Below are positions 44,358-57,210 of a stretch of 64,000 nucleotides of DNA, one piece after another (position 1 is the stretch's first letter; each line of letters starts with the position of its first letter). Source of the stretch: Massalongia carnosa (taxonomy: Eukaryota); NCBI GenBank assembly GCA_965645245.1, contig OZ287081.1:310001-374000 (forward strand). Direction: 5' to 3'. The position numbers and the translations under genes were made by a program. Below the pieces are notes generated by a model. It had not been told where the DNA came from and did no database searches. It saw nothing but the letters and a program-made list of their open reading frames with translations.

Positions 44358-45732
44358 GGGCCAAAGCTGGTAGCCAAATAAGTCAGATGTCGTGAATGAG
44401 ATGGTAGATAAATGGGATGGAAGGATCAGAAACGGGACATGAACACTCGGTTGCTGGTACTGGTGCTGTTGCCTTGTTCTCCGCATTCGTCCAGTCCAGA
44501 CTCGAAAAGCTTTCGTGAACCAAGACCAACATATGTACATGGATAGTTGTGGGCTTGTCTCGCCTTGTTGGTTGTGAATCAATCATAGCAGACCACCAAA
44601 TCACATCTCCCCCGCACGCCAAGTACCTACACACCTCCCTATGTAATCATGTAACTGCATATCCCCTGAAAACAACCCCTCCATACCTAGCTCTCCCGCT
44701 CACCAAGTCACATTTCGAAGTCCTTACCTCCCTATGCAGTTTACATATTCCATGAAACCAACCCGTCCATCCACCTAACCCCCATCACCCATCACTTCCC
44801 TACTTAAGTTCTTGGCGCGGACGGAAAGGGGAGATCTAGGTCCACTTGGCCTGACAGCTGATCACCAGCAGCGGGGGGTTCTGATTATGAACGGGTGTTT
44901 CGCTTGGCGTTGGCGGCTTGAGAGAGTGAAATTGTGTTTTTGGTTTCCTTTTTCCGAGTCGCTGATTGGCTTGGTTACATGGTGTAGGGAGGCATCGGGT
45001 TGCAGAGGAACAAATTGATCGGGAATCTGTGTCCAATGCCATAGGCTTCCCTGAACAGGATATGAATCGTGAGTTACAGTTTAAGAAGAATTCCTTGATC
45101 GGTCAGAGGCTAAGAGAGAGATATTAGATACGGTCACGATTTCAACAATCCCCCGTGTGTGCTAGGAACAGATTTCTGAGGTGTTTGCTTCGGATATCTT
45201 TCTTTCTTGTTGTCTGGATTACGAATTGGCAATTCTTGAACGGCCCTTTGAAGTAATTGAACTCTTCTTCGTAATGTGCTTGTAGTGAGAAAACTGTAAT
45301 TCCACCTGTAGATAAAGAGTAGATAGTTAGCCGTAATGCCCTGAGATACCCAAACCAGCCTTCTGAGAACTTCAAAACATGTAGTGTTTTCAAACCGATT
45401 GACTGGTCTTGCAGAGAGCCCGAATACAATGCCTAAATTTCGAAGGATATTTTCGAGGTCGAGAGGCGTGTACATACATGATGGTTGTCTCGCTCGATCT
45501 CCAGCTTTCTGCAATATTTCGGCAATGCTTGCATCGTCCTAACACTACAGACGATGAACGCAGCCGTCGTCAACTCCCCGCAAGGACAGGCTTGGTTGCG
45601 GCGCGGCCAAATATATCGATAATAAATCAAAGGGTCTGAAAGCGTGTGATGATGCGAAGAAGACTGTTCACTTTACTGTGAATATAGTTCTTGTTGACAG
45701 AGTTTCATTCCACGTGTTTGGATAGCCACATC

Positions 45733-46641
45733 ATGATTCCTCGGGATCAGGAACCACTTATTAACCACAATCCTTCTCTCCAACGCTACTATGGCACTCT
45801 AGAATCGAAAATTGGCTATTGGCTTCTTCTAGGAGGCACGCAGCACTTCGGGTACTATGATGTGGATACCTACTGGCCCTTTCCCATCAACGGAGCCCTG
45901 AGAGCAATGGAAGACCATCTTTTCGACTCCTTTAGGGTCGCCGACGGCGCTGAGGTGCTCGACGCGGGGTGCGGTAGTGGCTACGTCGCTATGCATATGG
46001 CGCGAAAGGGCCTTCGCGTGCAAGGTATCGATGTCGTCGATCGTCTGGTTCAAAACGCACGTCGAAATGTGGCGGCGCAAGGGCTCGAGAAGGCGGTCAC
46101 CATCCGCAAAATGGATTACCACCATCTCGATAGTTTCGCCGGCGAATCGTTTGACGCTGCGTACACGATGGAAACTCTTGTTCATGCGACGGACCCTGAA
46201 CAAGCAGTGCGCGAGTTCTACCGCGTGCTTCGACCGGGAGCAAGGATGGCCTTGTACGAGTACGACCACTGCGACCTCAACACGGTACCGAGAAACATCA
46301 GGGAACACATGGAACAGGTGAATCAATACGGAGCCATGCCCGCCAATGTCCGATTTGAAGAGGGGGTTCTGCCGCACATATTGGAGGAGGCTGGCTTTGA
46401 GAATGTCGAGGTGAGGGATTTGTCCACGAACATCCGCCCCATGTTACGACTCTTCTTCGTGCTTGCATATTTGCCCTATATCTTGGTGAAGTTCTTGGGG
46501 CTGCAGGCCTGGTTCGTGAACACAGTGGCCGGAGTGGAGGGATATCGGGGCAGGCATCTATGGCGATATACCGTGGTCACTGCCAGAAAGCCTTTGGATG
46601 GAGAATCGGACATCGTTCGTGAAGGCAAGAAGGAGCAGTAA
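45733..46641 (+). CDS. Class I SAM-dependent methyltransferase (sterol C-methyltransferase-like)
   Basis: QHFGYY, VLDAGCGSG, ESFDAAYTMETLVHA and EFYRVLRPG. Confidence 0.93.
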   Translation: MIPRDQEPLINHNPSLQRYYGTLESKIGYWLLLGGTQHFGYYDVDTYWPFPINGALRAMEDHLFDSFRVADGAEVLDAGCGSGYVAMHMARKGLRVQGIDVVDRLVQNARRNVAAQGLEKAVTIRKMDYHHLDSFAGESFDAAYTMETLVHATDPEQAVREFYRVLRPGARMALYEYDHCDLNTVPRNIREHMEQVNQYGAMPANVRFEEGVLPHILEEAGFENVEVRDLSTNIRPMLRLFFVLAYLPYILVKFLGLQAWFVNTVAGVEGYRGRHLWRYTVVTARKPLDGESDIVREGKKEQ

Positions 46642-47993
46642 GCTAGGGGGGGAGGGACCTTTAGGTGCTACAGCTGCTACTGTAAATGGGGGGAGGGGGA
46701 GAACGGCGTCACTCTAGGCCATATGATGTTGGGGAAATATTTGGCAAATATACCACTGGATCTGGCCACAAGACTGCCGTTCCGTTTGCCTCATAAACTC
46801 ACAACCTTCCGCACGAAACCCCCAAAAAACCCCTTCCCCCCATAACCAAAAAGCTCCTGAAACTCTTCCCGAAGGTCAGTCCATCTAGCCTCTCCATCTT
46901 TCATTCTATCATCGTCCCAAAACGGGGCTTCTTGAACACACGGTTTTTCCACCTCTCCATTCAGTGCATACGCGTCCTCGTGTTTCCCCCCGGCAGTCCG
47001 TAGGGACTGCCCGACTTCCCCAATGATAGTTATCTCTCTCCTTAATTTTTTTTAAAAAAAAAACCTACCCCCCCTCTCCTTATTTCTAAAGACAAGATCG
47101 ATACATAAACTAGCCCATTCATTAAACCTTCCTCCTGGCAGTAATCTCCGAGGAAACCGATCGGTTCATATATGTAAGCCACGGGTTCCGGCTTGGCGGC
47201 GAGGATTGTATGATAGGGCATGCGAGGTATATATAACCACTGTATGTATGTAGCTTAATCCCGCGCGGATCTTGGTTCGCTAGGAATATTTCCCAGAAAG
47301 CAAGTAGATATGGATATGTACCTGAGTAAGTGCTTATTTGGTAATAAATACATCACTCGGGATTTCTTCCCTTCACACCACCCTTCTTTTGGGGCGAGTT
47401 CCGGGTTTCTGCAAGATTTCAAGCCTGTAGCTTTCCCGCATTGAATATCCTTCTAGTCCTCTGTCCTATCTAGCTGGATACTCGTTTCTTGATTTGTTGG
47501 TTTGTTTGGTTAGTTGATTATCTTTTTATCTTTTTCCTTCTCATATGTCTAGAAAAGGAAAACTAGCTGTACATGTGTGTGTTTGTGTGTGTATACGGAT
47601 ATCTGTTGACGACATAGTTATGTAATGCACATAGGTATCTGAGACTTGAACAAAAACCATCTACTGTTCTCTCATGCTTTCTATTCTCTCGTTCCGATCA
47701 CTGAAGCTCGATCAAACTCAAGACTTGCTACTTTGCCCGACTTTCGAAGCCTTTTCATTTAGAAGCTTCGTGCAGCGCCGGGGGAAGGATTAGAGTTGGG
47801 ACTCTTGCGCTTTCTGTGTTGCAATGTGGAAGAGAAATGTTCCAAGGTTGCTGGCAGGCAGAATCATCCTCCTTGTAGATGAAGGCCTGTATTTTTTTGT
47901 GATGGCTCGAGATTAGCCGTGAAGGATGGATCGTTTCTGAGCTGGCAAGGGAGATTAGTAAGCTTGCTAGTTAGCTTTGCAAATGAGTTGGCT

Positions 47994-47994
47994 A

Positions 47995-48026
<32 letters not shown>
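47994..48026. repeat. Compound (CT)n(GT)n microsatellite
   Basis: Directly visible. Confidence 0.85.
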
Positions 48027-48288
48027 TTCTAGCTTTATATGTCTTGAGTATAATACATCCCGCGCCGATAAAATTATGTTGCATCACTTCATCTAGACAA
48101 GAAAAATAGACGAAGCAAGGACAGAGCGCTCGATTCCAAGGTATTGACAGATACGGGTAAGATAACCCAGATACTTTGGGTTATTATCGCATCGTACAAA
48201 CGTTCTCTCATTAAATATTCCTTTAAAAACATTAGGAGAAACCAGCAAGGGCCTACGGGAAATGGTTCGAATTTCTTACCTTATTTCA

Positions 48289-49751
48289 TCAACGCGGTCC
48301 GTTCTCTAAATCGTGCGCATAATGTCGAGAGATGGATCCACGCGAGATCCCCCTTGCATGAACCTTCATGGGCCCTCCAAGTTCCACCGACGGATAGTCA
48401 ATGCTGTGCGCATCCATCTCAATGTTATTTCCCTTTAGATTCCGGGAATCGTCATCCATGTCCCCCACGTCGTCCCAAGGAGACACCGGGTCCAGGGCAG
48501 GAGGCGGCTTGGACGCAGCGCTCCCGCCCTTGCGGGATGAGGAGATGTAGGTGCTGAATTGGGACTTGATAATGGGGGCGAGATGGCGCACAAGTTGCGG
48601 CATGACAGGCATGCAGCCGCAGATTATCCCGCTTGCGATTTCCGCGTCCCTAAGTCAGACGTTAGCGGTTATGATATCAGGGGTTTGGGGAGCGAAAACT
48701 GACGACCAAAAAGCGAGTGGGATCAACTCGTACGTAAGATCGTGTTTGCCGACAATTCTGAAGGTGGAAACGGAGCGTAGGATACTTGTTATACATGCGC
48801 TGACAGAAATCAGGCCAGCTTCGAGTAGGGATTTCAATGATATAGCTCCACTCACAATATGCCCGTCGCAAAAATGATTGATATACCAATTTTGCGTTTC
48901 AGCTGCATTTGTAAAGCCGAGATGCAAAATAGGGGTATCATCAACATTGCGATGTCTGACGTGATGTTGATCAACGAGGAAGCAATTAGGAGCGCAGAAA
49001 TATTAACGCAGTGTCCCGGGGTCTGAGGCTCCCAGATCTTTTTCCTAGGGGTGCAATAGAATATAGCTGTTAGGGTGTAGGCCGAATAGTAGAGGAAGTT
49101 GAGCCAGTTGACGAATTGAATGACGTAGTAAGCCGTCCCCGTTTTTAGAGGCACAAATATTCGCATGAATTGCAGCATTATCGATAGTTTCACGAAATAT
49201 ATCACTGGCCCGTTGAAAATCTCTTTCGCATTCACCGCCTGTAAGTTGTTAGAATTCAAACCCGGCGTGAATCGTAAAGGGCTTGCCTGCGCATATATCC
49301 TGACTTGCTCAATCGGCACATTCCACTGATGAATCCCCGCCCCGTTACTGAACGCCACGAAGTCAATCGCAAGGTAGCCTATTGATCCAAGCTAGTAGCA
49401 GTTCTTATTAGCTTCCAAAATCATTGTGTTGTCAAAAACAATTACGAAGGGCAAAAGCAGATCGTACCCATGCGATGAACGAAGTATCTATCAATTAACG
49501 TTGTTGGCATCACTTGCACATAAGACCCCACATTGAGGCGATCACTTACAGTCTTCCCATCCGTGAGATTTGATAAGAATTATCTTTGTGTACATTCGCA
49601 GAAAAACGAGGATAGTTGGAAAGATTAGGCACATTGTTAATGTGAGCAGCCATTCTCCGTGTAAAGACTCCGGGTTCACAAAGTTTGGTATGACTCCAGG
49701 AGGAGGTGGCAAGCCTCCCACCGTGTGCGTAGCATTGGAATGCTGCTCCAT
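48289..49751 (-). CDS. PTH11-like (fungal rhodopsin-domain) integral membrane protein, multi-exon
   Basis: PPPPGVIPNFVNP, LRMYTK, GAGIHQW, KLSIMLQFMRIF, CTPRKKIWEP..PGHC, NITSD and EIASGIICGCMP. Confidence 0.9.
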
Positions 49752-50885
49752 TGCTAATGGGGACTGCAAGATTCCACTTTACCCACGAGTCTGAGAGTAG
49801 CAGATGAAAGGACAATCTGTTTCGCTAGCCCTCACAAGAGTATATTAGATTGCGAGCATGGATCGTTATATTGAGAGTTCTTCCAAGAATGTCGCTAAAA
49901 CTGCTTTCAAAGAAGAACAAGCAAACATATAGAAAGCCAGAGAATACGCTTCAGAGATTTCATGTAAGCTCTGAAAGTGTCAGATTAAGTAATAAGGTTT
50001 GTGTGGTACAAGAGGTCATCCTACCCGGATGCCCCGTTGATAGGACTAGTCGCAGGAACGAATAACGTTAATTAGTCTCGGTGGATTAGGACGGGGAGGG
50101 TTCGTACATACTCTTGACCACTTGCCAGGCCATCAAAGTCACTTTCTACGGCACACGGGTTTTTGACTAGACACTCTGCCATAATAGAGTATTCGTATAT
50201 GAGTTACGTGCCTTATCTTTATCGTGAACCTTTCCTTGAGTATCGGAGGGGCTCTCAAACCGATGGGAACGCGAGATCTTCGGTGTCGACAGAAATCCCT
50301 CAAACAGGCTCGCTCCAACAGTTATTCTCATAGCGAGTTCGAGATCATGTCTGCCGTCCGTTTGGGGTAGAAGGGCTCCTGCAGCTCACATGGTCCGAGT
50401 AACTTGGTCCGAGACCTTCACATGAAGCGGAAAACCCGCAATGTGAAAGGTAGCACGCCACACATGCAGAACCATCAACGATGAGGGGTTTCGCACCCCT
50501 TTATCCAATCGCGTATAGCTTGCAAAACTATCAGATCGCTGAATCTTATTGCCTTGTCGGAACGGCCAGATTTCCTTCACGCGTTGTTTCTCGACCCGGA
50601 TGCATAGTAAGGAGTTACCTGGCAACCCCTTTTTAAAGCCCTTTTTCTGAAATCTTTTTGTAAACGGGCGTGTTTCATTATATGCTTCTTAAACGATATA
50701 AAACTCCAAGTTCGAGCGCAAAATGCACTAACCCTGTGCTGTTGAAAGTTTGAAAACTCCAAAAAACCAATATGGTAAAGTTATTTAGACTGCACATATT
50801 TTAAATTCTCGTGTTCAGCATGCAAGCAAGGCAGTGGATAAGCACAGCACAGGTACATTTGAGGTTACTGAAAGGTTAAAACCGT

Positions 50886-51104
50886 GGGGCACGCGGTGCG
50901 AAAAAAAGTTGACACACCGGAATAAGATTCCCCTATGATTTGTTTTAAAGATACAAAACGAACAGTTACTGCTTAAATTCATGATTTAAAACTAGTTGTT
51001 TGACTTTAACGATCGCACAGAAAGAATAATTTTGTAATTGTGATTTGAGGAGTAAATTAATAAAATCTTGATTCTGGTGTCAACTTTTTCGCACCGCGTG
51101 CCCC
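50886..51104. mobile_element. MITE
   Basis: ~40-bp inverted termini GGGGCACGCGGTGCGAAAAA(AA)GTTGACAC around an AT-rich interior; no clear TSD. Confidence 0.75.
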
Positions 51105-51605
51105 TTCCAGACACTCTAGTCTGCACTAGTAGATCAAATTTCAGTGTTCTGAGTCTAACGCGAGAGCTTTGGCGGAGGTCTTGGCGGGGCGGCACGGGCG
51201 GGATTCCTTGATGGTATCGGCGATGACCAGCATTGTTGAACACTGCAACAGTTCAGAAAGTTCTTATCCTCATTATTCTTGAATAGAGCTAAGTTAAACG
51301 CGCGTAACAGTGCTCTACAGGCATTGTATGTATATTTAAACTTTTCTTCCTCTAGCAAGCATTGCAACATTGCCAAGGTATATACAAAGCTCATATGCGT
51401 ATCGTGAACTACCTCGCATCCCTACGGGAAGAGAGACTCACTTTTGCGTAAAGAAGCGAGTGGGACGGCAATGGCAACCCCATTGGCAGATAAGATATTA
51501 GTCTACAACTGTCGGTCGCTTTTCAGCGGTGGTAATAATGCCTTGGTTCGTCGTCAAAAATGCATACGACGGATTTTGGATTAGGGAGTACATTTAATAT
51601 CTTTT

Positions 51606-53029
51606 TTGGCTAATAGATTTTCCTTGGAGTACATCTGCAATGTTGTGAAAGAGCTGTTGCAGGAAAGGATATTCGAACCAACATTCCTAGCCCAGTTGCG
51701 ATTCCCAGAGCTTCGTCAGCCCGCTCAAGTACAAAAAGTCCAGGGAGCAGCAGACATAAGTCAAGTTGCACGGAGCAATGCTGAAGCAGTCAATACCACA
51801 AAAGACCTATCTGTGGAGGATAAAGGCATAGGAGAGGCAAAGCAGCATGCTGGAGGAGCTGTACCTCTTAATTGGAAGACCACGAAGACTAATGCTGAGA
51901 ATAGGTTAGTCCCCGGACTTGACTTGCTTATTGCATGGGCTTTCTAACATATCTGCTTCTCAGCGACAATGGCGTGTATTATTGAACCTGACGACCCTAG
52001 CATCCCTGCCCTCTATCCAGTGTATCTTCCTCATCCTGTCTAGTACTGGATTCTTGTTATGGTTCAGCTGATGTTGGAAGAGTGCTGTTTTGATTTTGGC
52101 AAGCGATGGCTTCCGGATGTGATCGCCTTGGAAGAATGGGAAGCCCCGGAACAAGTGGAGCTTACGATATGGATTGCGAAGCTAAAACAACATACCAAAT
52201 ACCTATCCAACAACGCGTTCTCTGCCATTCCTGGAAAACCCTATGAGGAAGTCCTTATTGCTTGCTAGGAATTAGACATGCAGCGGTCCATCGGATCCGG
52301 ACCAACTCTGCCGAACTTCGGGGTCTGATACACAAGGCTTTGGAGCTTATGACGCTGCTGAAAGATAAGGTACGATCAGGTAGAATTGGGCAGGTTTATT
52401 TAAGTCTCGATTCGACTTTCGAGGACATGGAAAAACAGAGGAGCGTTCTACAGGAAAGCCTTCTCAACGAGCTTCGCGGTATCGCAAGGAAACGAGCCGA
52501 GTTGAATCCAAGGGAGAGATTAGCCATCGAGGATACGAAGAAGTAAGACAAGGACAACAAGCAGCCTACGGGTAAAGTACTCGATAGCTTGCTTTTTCAC
52601 CACTGCTCTGGACCAGAAGAAAACTTTAGCTCAGAGAATCGCTCTAGCAGCGTGACATCAGTAAATATTGGGGGAGATGACGTCCTTAAGGAAGGCAAGA
52701 AGCTTGCTCCGAGCCTTGAAACCTTTAAAACAACCTGCCTATCTGTTTCACCAGACGTCGAAAGTTCTAAGGACAAGGCCCACGATCGCTCTTCTCAAAT
52801 ACCCGCGAAGGCGACTTCGGTATCGTTTGGGCAAACAACACAGCTCAACGATCTAACAGGTCAAACCTTAAACCCCGATACTCACAAGACATCTTTCTGC
52901 TTCTCACTCTACGTCAATACTCCAAGCACTTCTTTGTCCGGTGATGCACCATCACTCTCGTTGAAAGGGACGGCCGTAGATGCTAGATGTAAGCTATTAC
53001 CTTATCGGCCTTCTATGATTTCAGATTGA
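51606..53029 (+). pseudogene. Disrupted gene with HEPN-like Rx4H motif and coiled coil
   Basis: LEECCFDF...W..PEQVELTIW, a frameshift near 52262, IRHAAVHR, and an in-frame stop at 52544. Confidence 0.55.
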
Positions 53030-56000
53030 GATCGAACCACCCTAGAAACCATGGATACACTTGAGGAACACATATTGGAGAATGTGAATCCTTGGACTAC
53101 CATTTGGCTGGATCAAGCAACCGCTGCAACTACACCAGATCCGGAGACTAATGACCAGGCAATAACGCAGCAAGGTGAATACCAGAGTATCTGGGACCGG
53201 GCCCGTTCCTTCAGCTTTGGTCTGCAATAGTAGAACACGATATGATGTCGCTATTGATGAGTGTTCCTTCGAACTCGGGAAATTAAATTAGAGCTTTATA
53301 GACTAGCCATTACCAATTGGCAAGGACTCATGGAGTTTGTTGTATACTGGAAGGTTTTCCATGATCGTTGGATAGAGATGCGATGAAGTAGAGCCTTGCT
53401 GTATGGTCATTACAAACTATCAGGCAATGCCATGCTTAAGGTTTTCAAGTGAAAAGGGATATTCAAATTTGTGTATTTTGCTCGTCTTTGTTGCTTTGGT
53501 TCCTTTTTTGCTCACTTTAATGAAACGATATTCAAATTGCCCCTCGATGTTAGTAATCTTTTGCCAACCCAAGGGGTTGGGCTAAAGAATTATTCAGGAT
53601 TGCTGGGATCCGTTTTCCTGAAAGAGTTTTGTTTTGTTGTTTCTCGTTTCAGGGACTCGCTGTCTACACTACGTTTGAGCCTCATAATCATCCCCATACA
53701 TGAATGCTACGGGCAAAAGATCGACTCAAGAAAAAATTTGGCGCTTTTTCTCGAAGAGATTCTCTGCACCTCCGACGGATCTTTCTTTTTCGATTTTCAT
53801 TTTTCATTGAGGCAATGGTGTAACGTACGGTCATACATGGACTTGAACTACACAGGGATGGGCATATACATACCTTACAGACGCCAACGATATTGATTGA
53901 ATCCATCATTCTCGGAAAGATATCGAGTGGGGGTTTAAAATAGACTCCGTTAATATAACCTTTATGTTGCTGTTTTCGCCTTTCTGGAGTTTTTTATTGA
54001 CAGATTTCTTATATTTCCTTATGACTTAATAAAATCGACGAAGAATCTTAAGCAAGCAAGCAATCTTCGATCCCTAGCTCATCGTTCGAAACAAAATTCT
54101 TCAACTTCATATTCATTTCCACAAAACCTCATCGTTTTCATAAACTCCCCAAAACTCCCCTTATCTAAACTCCCACAAATGCTCCCCTCCCCTCCTCAAC
54201 TCTCACCAAGCTGAGCTCCCCAACCGCACGCTTCCCAAAGATTCAAAGCTCCCTTCCCTTTTCTCACAACCTCCCTCTCCCGGCTCCCAATCCGAAGCCC
54301 AACAACACTAACCCTCACACCCACAGCCCTCACAAGGCCAATCAATGGCTGCAGCAAAAGCACGTCCCCGGATTCTGCGCGTTCTGATCCCCGCAACTGG
54401 CAGCATGTCCATGATAGCATATCCGCGGGCTCACCACCATCCCCCATAGTCATAATCATCGAAATAGCTACTGCCTAAAGCGCTGCCACATGTTTCCTCC
54501 ATACAGAGGGCGTAGGTGGGGTAGGAGCAGCGGTCGCAGAACCAGTGGCTGCAGGCGTCACATCTACTGGGGTTACGCGTGTTTGGCGTAGGCGCAGCGG
54601 CAGCAGATCCAGGTTGGCATGACGGGAGTTTTTTTTTTTTTTTTTTTTTCCCCGGGGGGGTGAGGGAGGCGACACTAGGGAATGGATGTGAGGGTTCCGG
54701 GTAGATTAATTTGAGAGGACTAGATTGGTTTTTGTTTTAGGTTGGTGACCACAGAAGCGATATTTTGGATTTTCGTATCTTCAGTAGTGCGGTGTTGAGG
54801 GTTCTTTCTTTCTCTCTTTCTTATATAAGACTGACTGACCCGCTTGAGTCAGCCAGTCAGCCAATCAGTCAGCCATCCCTCAATCCATGATCCAATCACC
54901 TCTATTCAGCCAAAAAGGGGGGGATGATTATGTACTAAACGAATGAACGAACGAACGAACGATTCAGAGAGAGGGAATGAAAGCCAGCAAAGACTCGTAT
55001 CATTCGTTCGTTGCTCATAATTATATACACACCCACTTACTCACCCATCTGTTCGCCGGATTGCCTGACCGCGTACCAGTACCAGTACCAGTACGTACAT
55101 ACGTAAAACTACGGTTTTGGTGGCTAGCTCAGTAGCTCGTTCTTTTCTTTCTCTTCCCTTCCCTTCCGCCCCGTTGCTGATTACTGAGAATGGAATCCTA
55201 CCTAGCCGGCTAGCCAGCTAGCCCGACGTTTCGGGGATACATACTTAAATGAAGACGATAAATTGATTGTTCCGAGTTCCTGGTATTAAGTCGGTACCTA
55301 GGGGATTCTTGGTCGTGATGAGTCGGGAGTTGGTCCCAGATGTAAGTCCCTTGTGGCTTATCTTCGCCTCTTTTCAACCCCCCTATTTCTCTTTCTTCCC
55401 TTTCTTGGCTCCTCTTCCTCTTTGTTTCCCCTTGTCTTTCCTTCTAGTTCTGGCCCGTCATGACCCGCCACCGAGAATTATCAGCAGAAACAACGGAAAC
55501 AATAACAGAAAAGAATAAGCCCACATATAGCCATATATACCCAGCCTCCCTTTCGTCTAGTATTTCTCGCGTGCTGCTACTATTGCTGCGCGAAAAGAAA
55601 CGAAAGGAAGCTATACGCTAGGCGGACAGACAAAAAGAGGGTTATAGGTACTTAGGCTTAGGTATATGGGTAGAAATGAATTTAAGAAGTTGAGCGAGGA
55701 GAAAAAGGAGGATGGGGCTTGCTTTGGAAATAAAGGGAAGGATGAAGGGAAAAAAGATAAGGGGTTGAAAGGAGGGGAGGTTGGAAAAGAGAAAGATTCT
55801 AGATCAAAGTCTTTGTTGCGAGGGAGGAGTGATGAGCTCAGTGAATGAGTAAGTAAAAGCTATGAAAAGAGGCTGAGAATTTTGAAAAGTAATCGAGCAA
55901 AGGGGGGGGTCGAGTTAGAAGATATACGAAATGATAAAGAAAAGATTAGGGAACTGGACATAGAAGAGAGAAATGAAATAATGAAGGATTGAACGAAAGA

Positions 56001-56509
56001 AAGGAAAGAACAGCCAAGAAGAGATGTTATCGGGTAGAAAAATGTGGATTAAAGACGCGAAGCGAGTTCTTATCTTGTAATAAAGATTACTCTTAGCCTA
56101 AATCAAAAAATTCAAATCGTCATATCTTATTTATTTTTATTTTTTTTAAAAAAAAAAAAGTAGTCGGGGATCAAGAAACCCCCTGGATGACTATAAAATA
56201 CGTTCAGGAACTGTCACGCCTGGAGCTGAATTCGACGACATTGGATAGATTCGTATCTATGAAAAGATCGAAAGCGACAGGCTGTTTAAGTATCCATCTA
56301 TATGCGATTTTTCCAAAAACCCCCCGATAGAAAAAAAAAGAAACATGCAGAAGAGCCACCTCGAAAGCGCCATCTCGCAATCCGATGGCGCGGAGTTGTC
56401 TTTGCCCCTATTTTTTCATAAAAAAAAAAGAAAATCAAGTAGCTTGTTGGCTTGCTGCCACGGTTGACGCGAGGAGGAGGAACCCATCCGATGGCTCATC
56501 AAAGATGCT

Positions 56510-57210
56510 CTAACATTGCCCGTTGACGTTGCAGAAATGCCTTTTTCAGACATCTCGCCGTTAGCCGCAGCGATTCCTCACACATACAAAAAGGCAGGAA
56601 AAGGGTTGTTGGTTCATACCAGATGATGTTGATCTGTCCCGGGGGATCCAGATGGCCGTCAGTCAGGGCCTGGAAAGCGCCATGGCTGAGATCTACAAGA
56701 AGTTGCTGGGGTCAGTCTGTGGGCTGACGGAACGAGTGTTCTTCTTCTTCCTCTTGCTTACCGAGGTGGTTCGAATCGCAGCCGGGGCAGGTATCTTTGA
56801 CCGTGGCGATAACTACGTTGCCGGTGCCGGGGTTGTCCTGCCCACCGCCATTGTTGGTGATTTGGATCTTGCGGCCGCAGAATCCCTGCCAGGAGGGGGA
56901 GAGGGCGATGATTTTATCCGAGTCCTTGATAGGTTGTTTAGCTAATTTGATACCAGGCAGTTAATATCCGCAAGAGAGACGAGCATACAGAATGGTGTTC
57001 GCCACAGGATCCGGCAGCTCCGTTCTGTTCGTAAAAGGTTGCGATTCCAACATGGCTGGTGGGATGCATCGATTAGCAGCTGGAAATAGAGGAGGGTGGG
57101 GTATTTTACTCAACACGGCGCTCAAGAGCATGCTCGGTTCCCGCCGCTACTGGAACGGCAAGTCCACGAGCAGCGAGGATGAGGCTAAGGATAGATGCGT
57201 TGAAGAGCAT
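56510..57210 (-). CDS. Small secreted RlpA-like double-psi beta-barrel (expansin/loosenin/barwin-like) protein, multi-exon
   Basis: Signal peptide MLFNASILSLILAARGLA; IIALS, CGRKIQITN, VIATVKDTCPGC and DLSHGAFQAL. Confidence 0.85.

Noticed and set aside
56767..56782. GGTTCGAATC T-loop-like motif suggesting a tRNA
   Set aside because: It lies in a coding exon on the opposite strand, with no cloverleaf stems.
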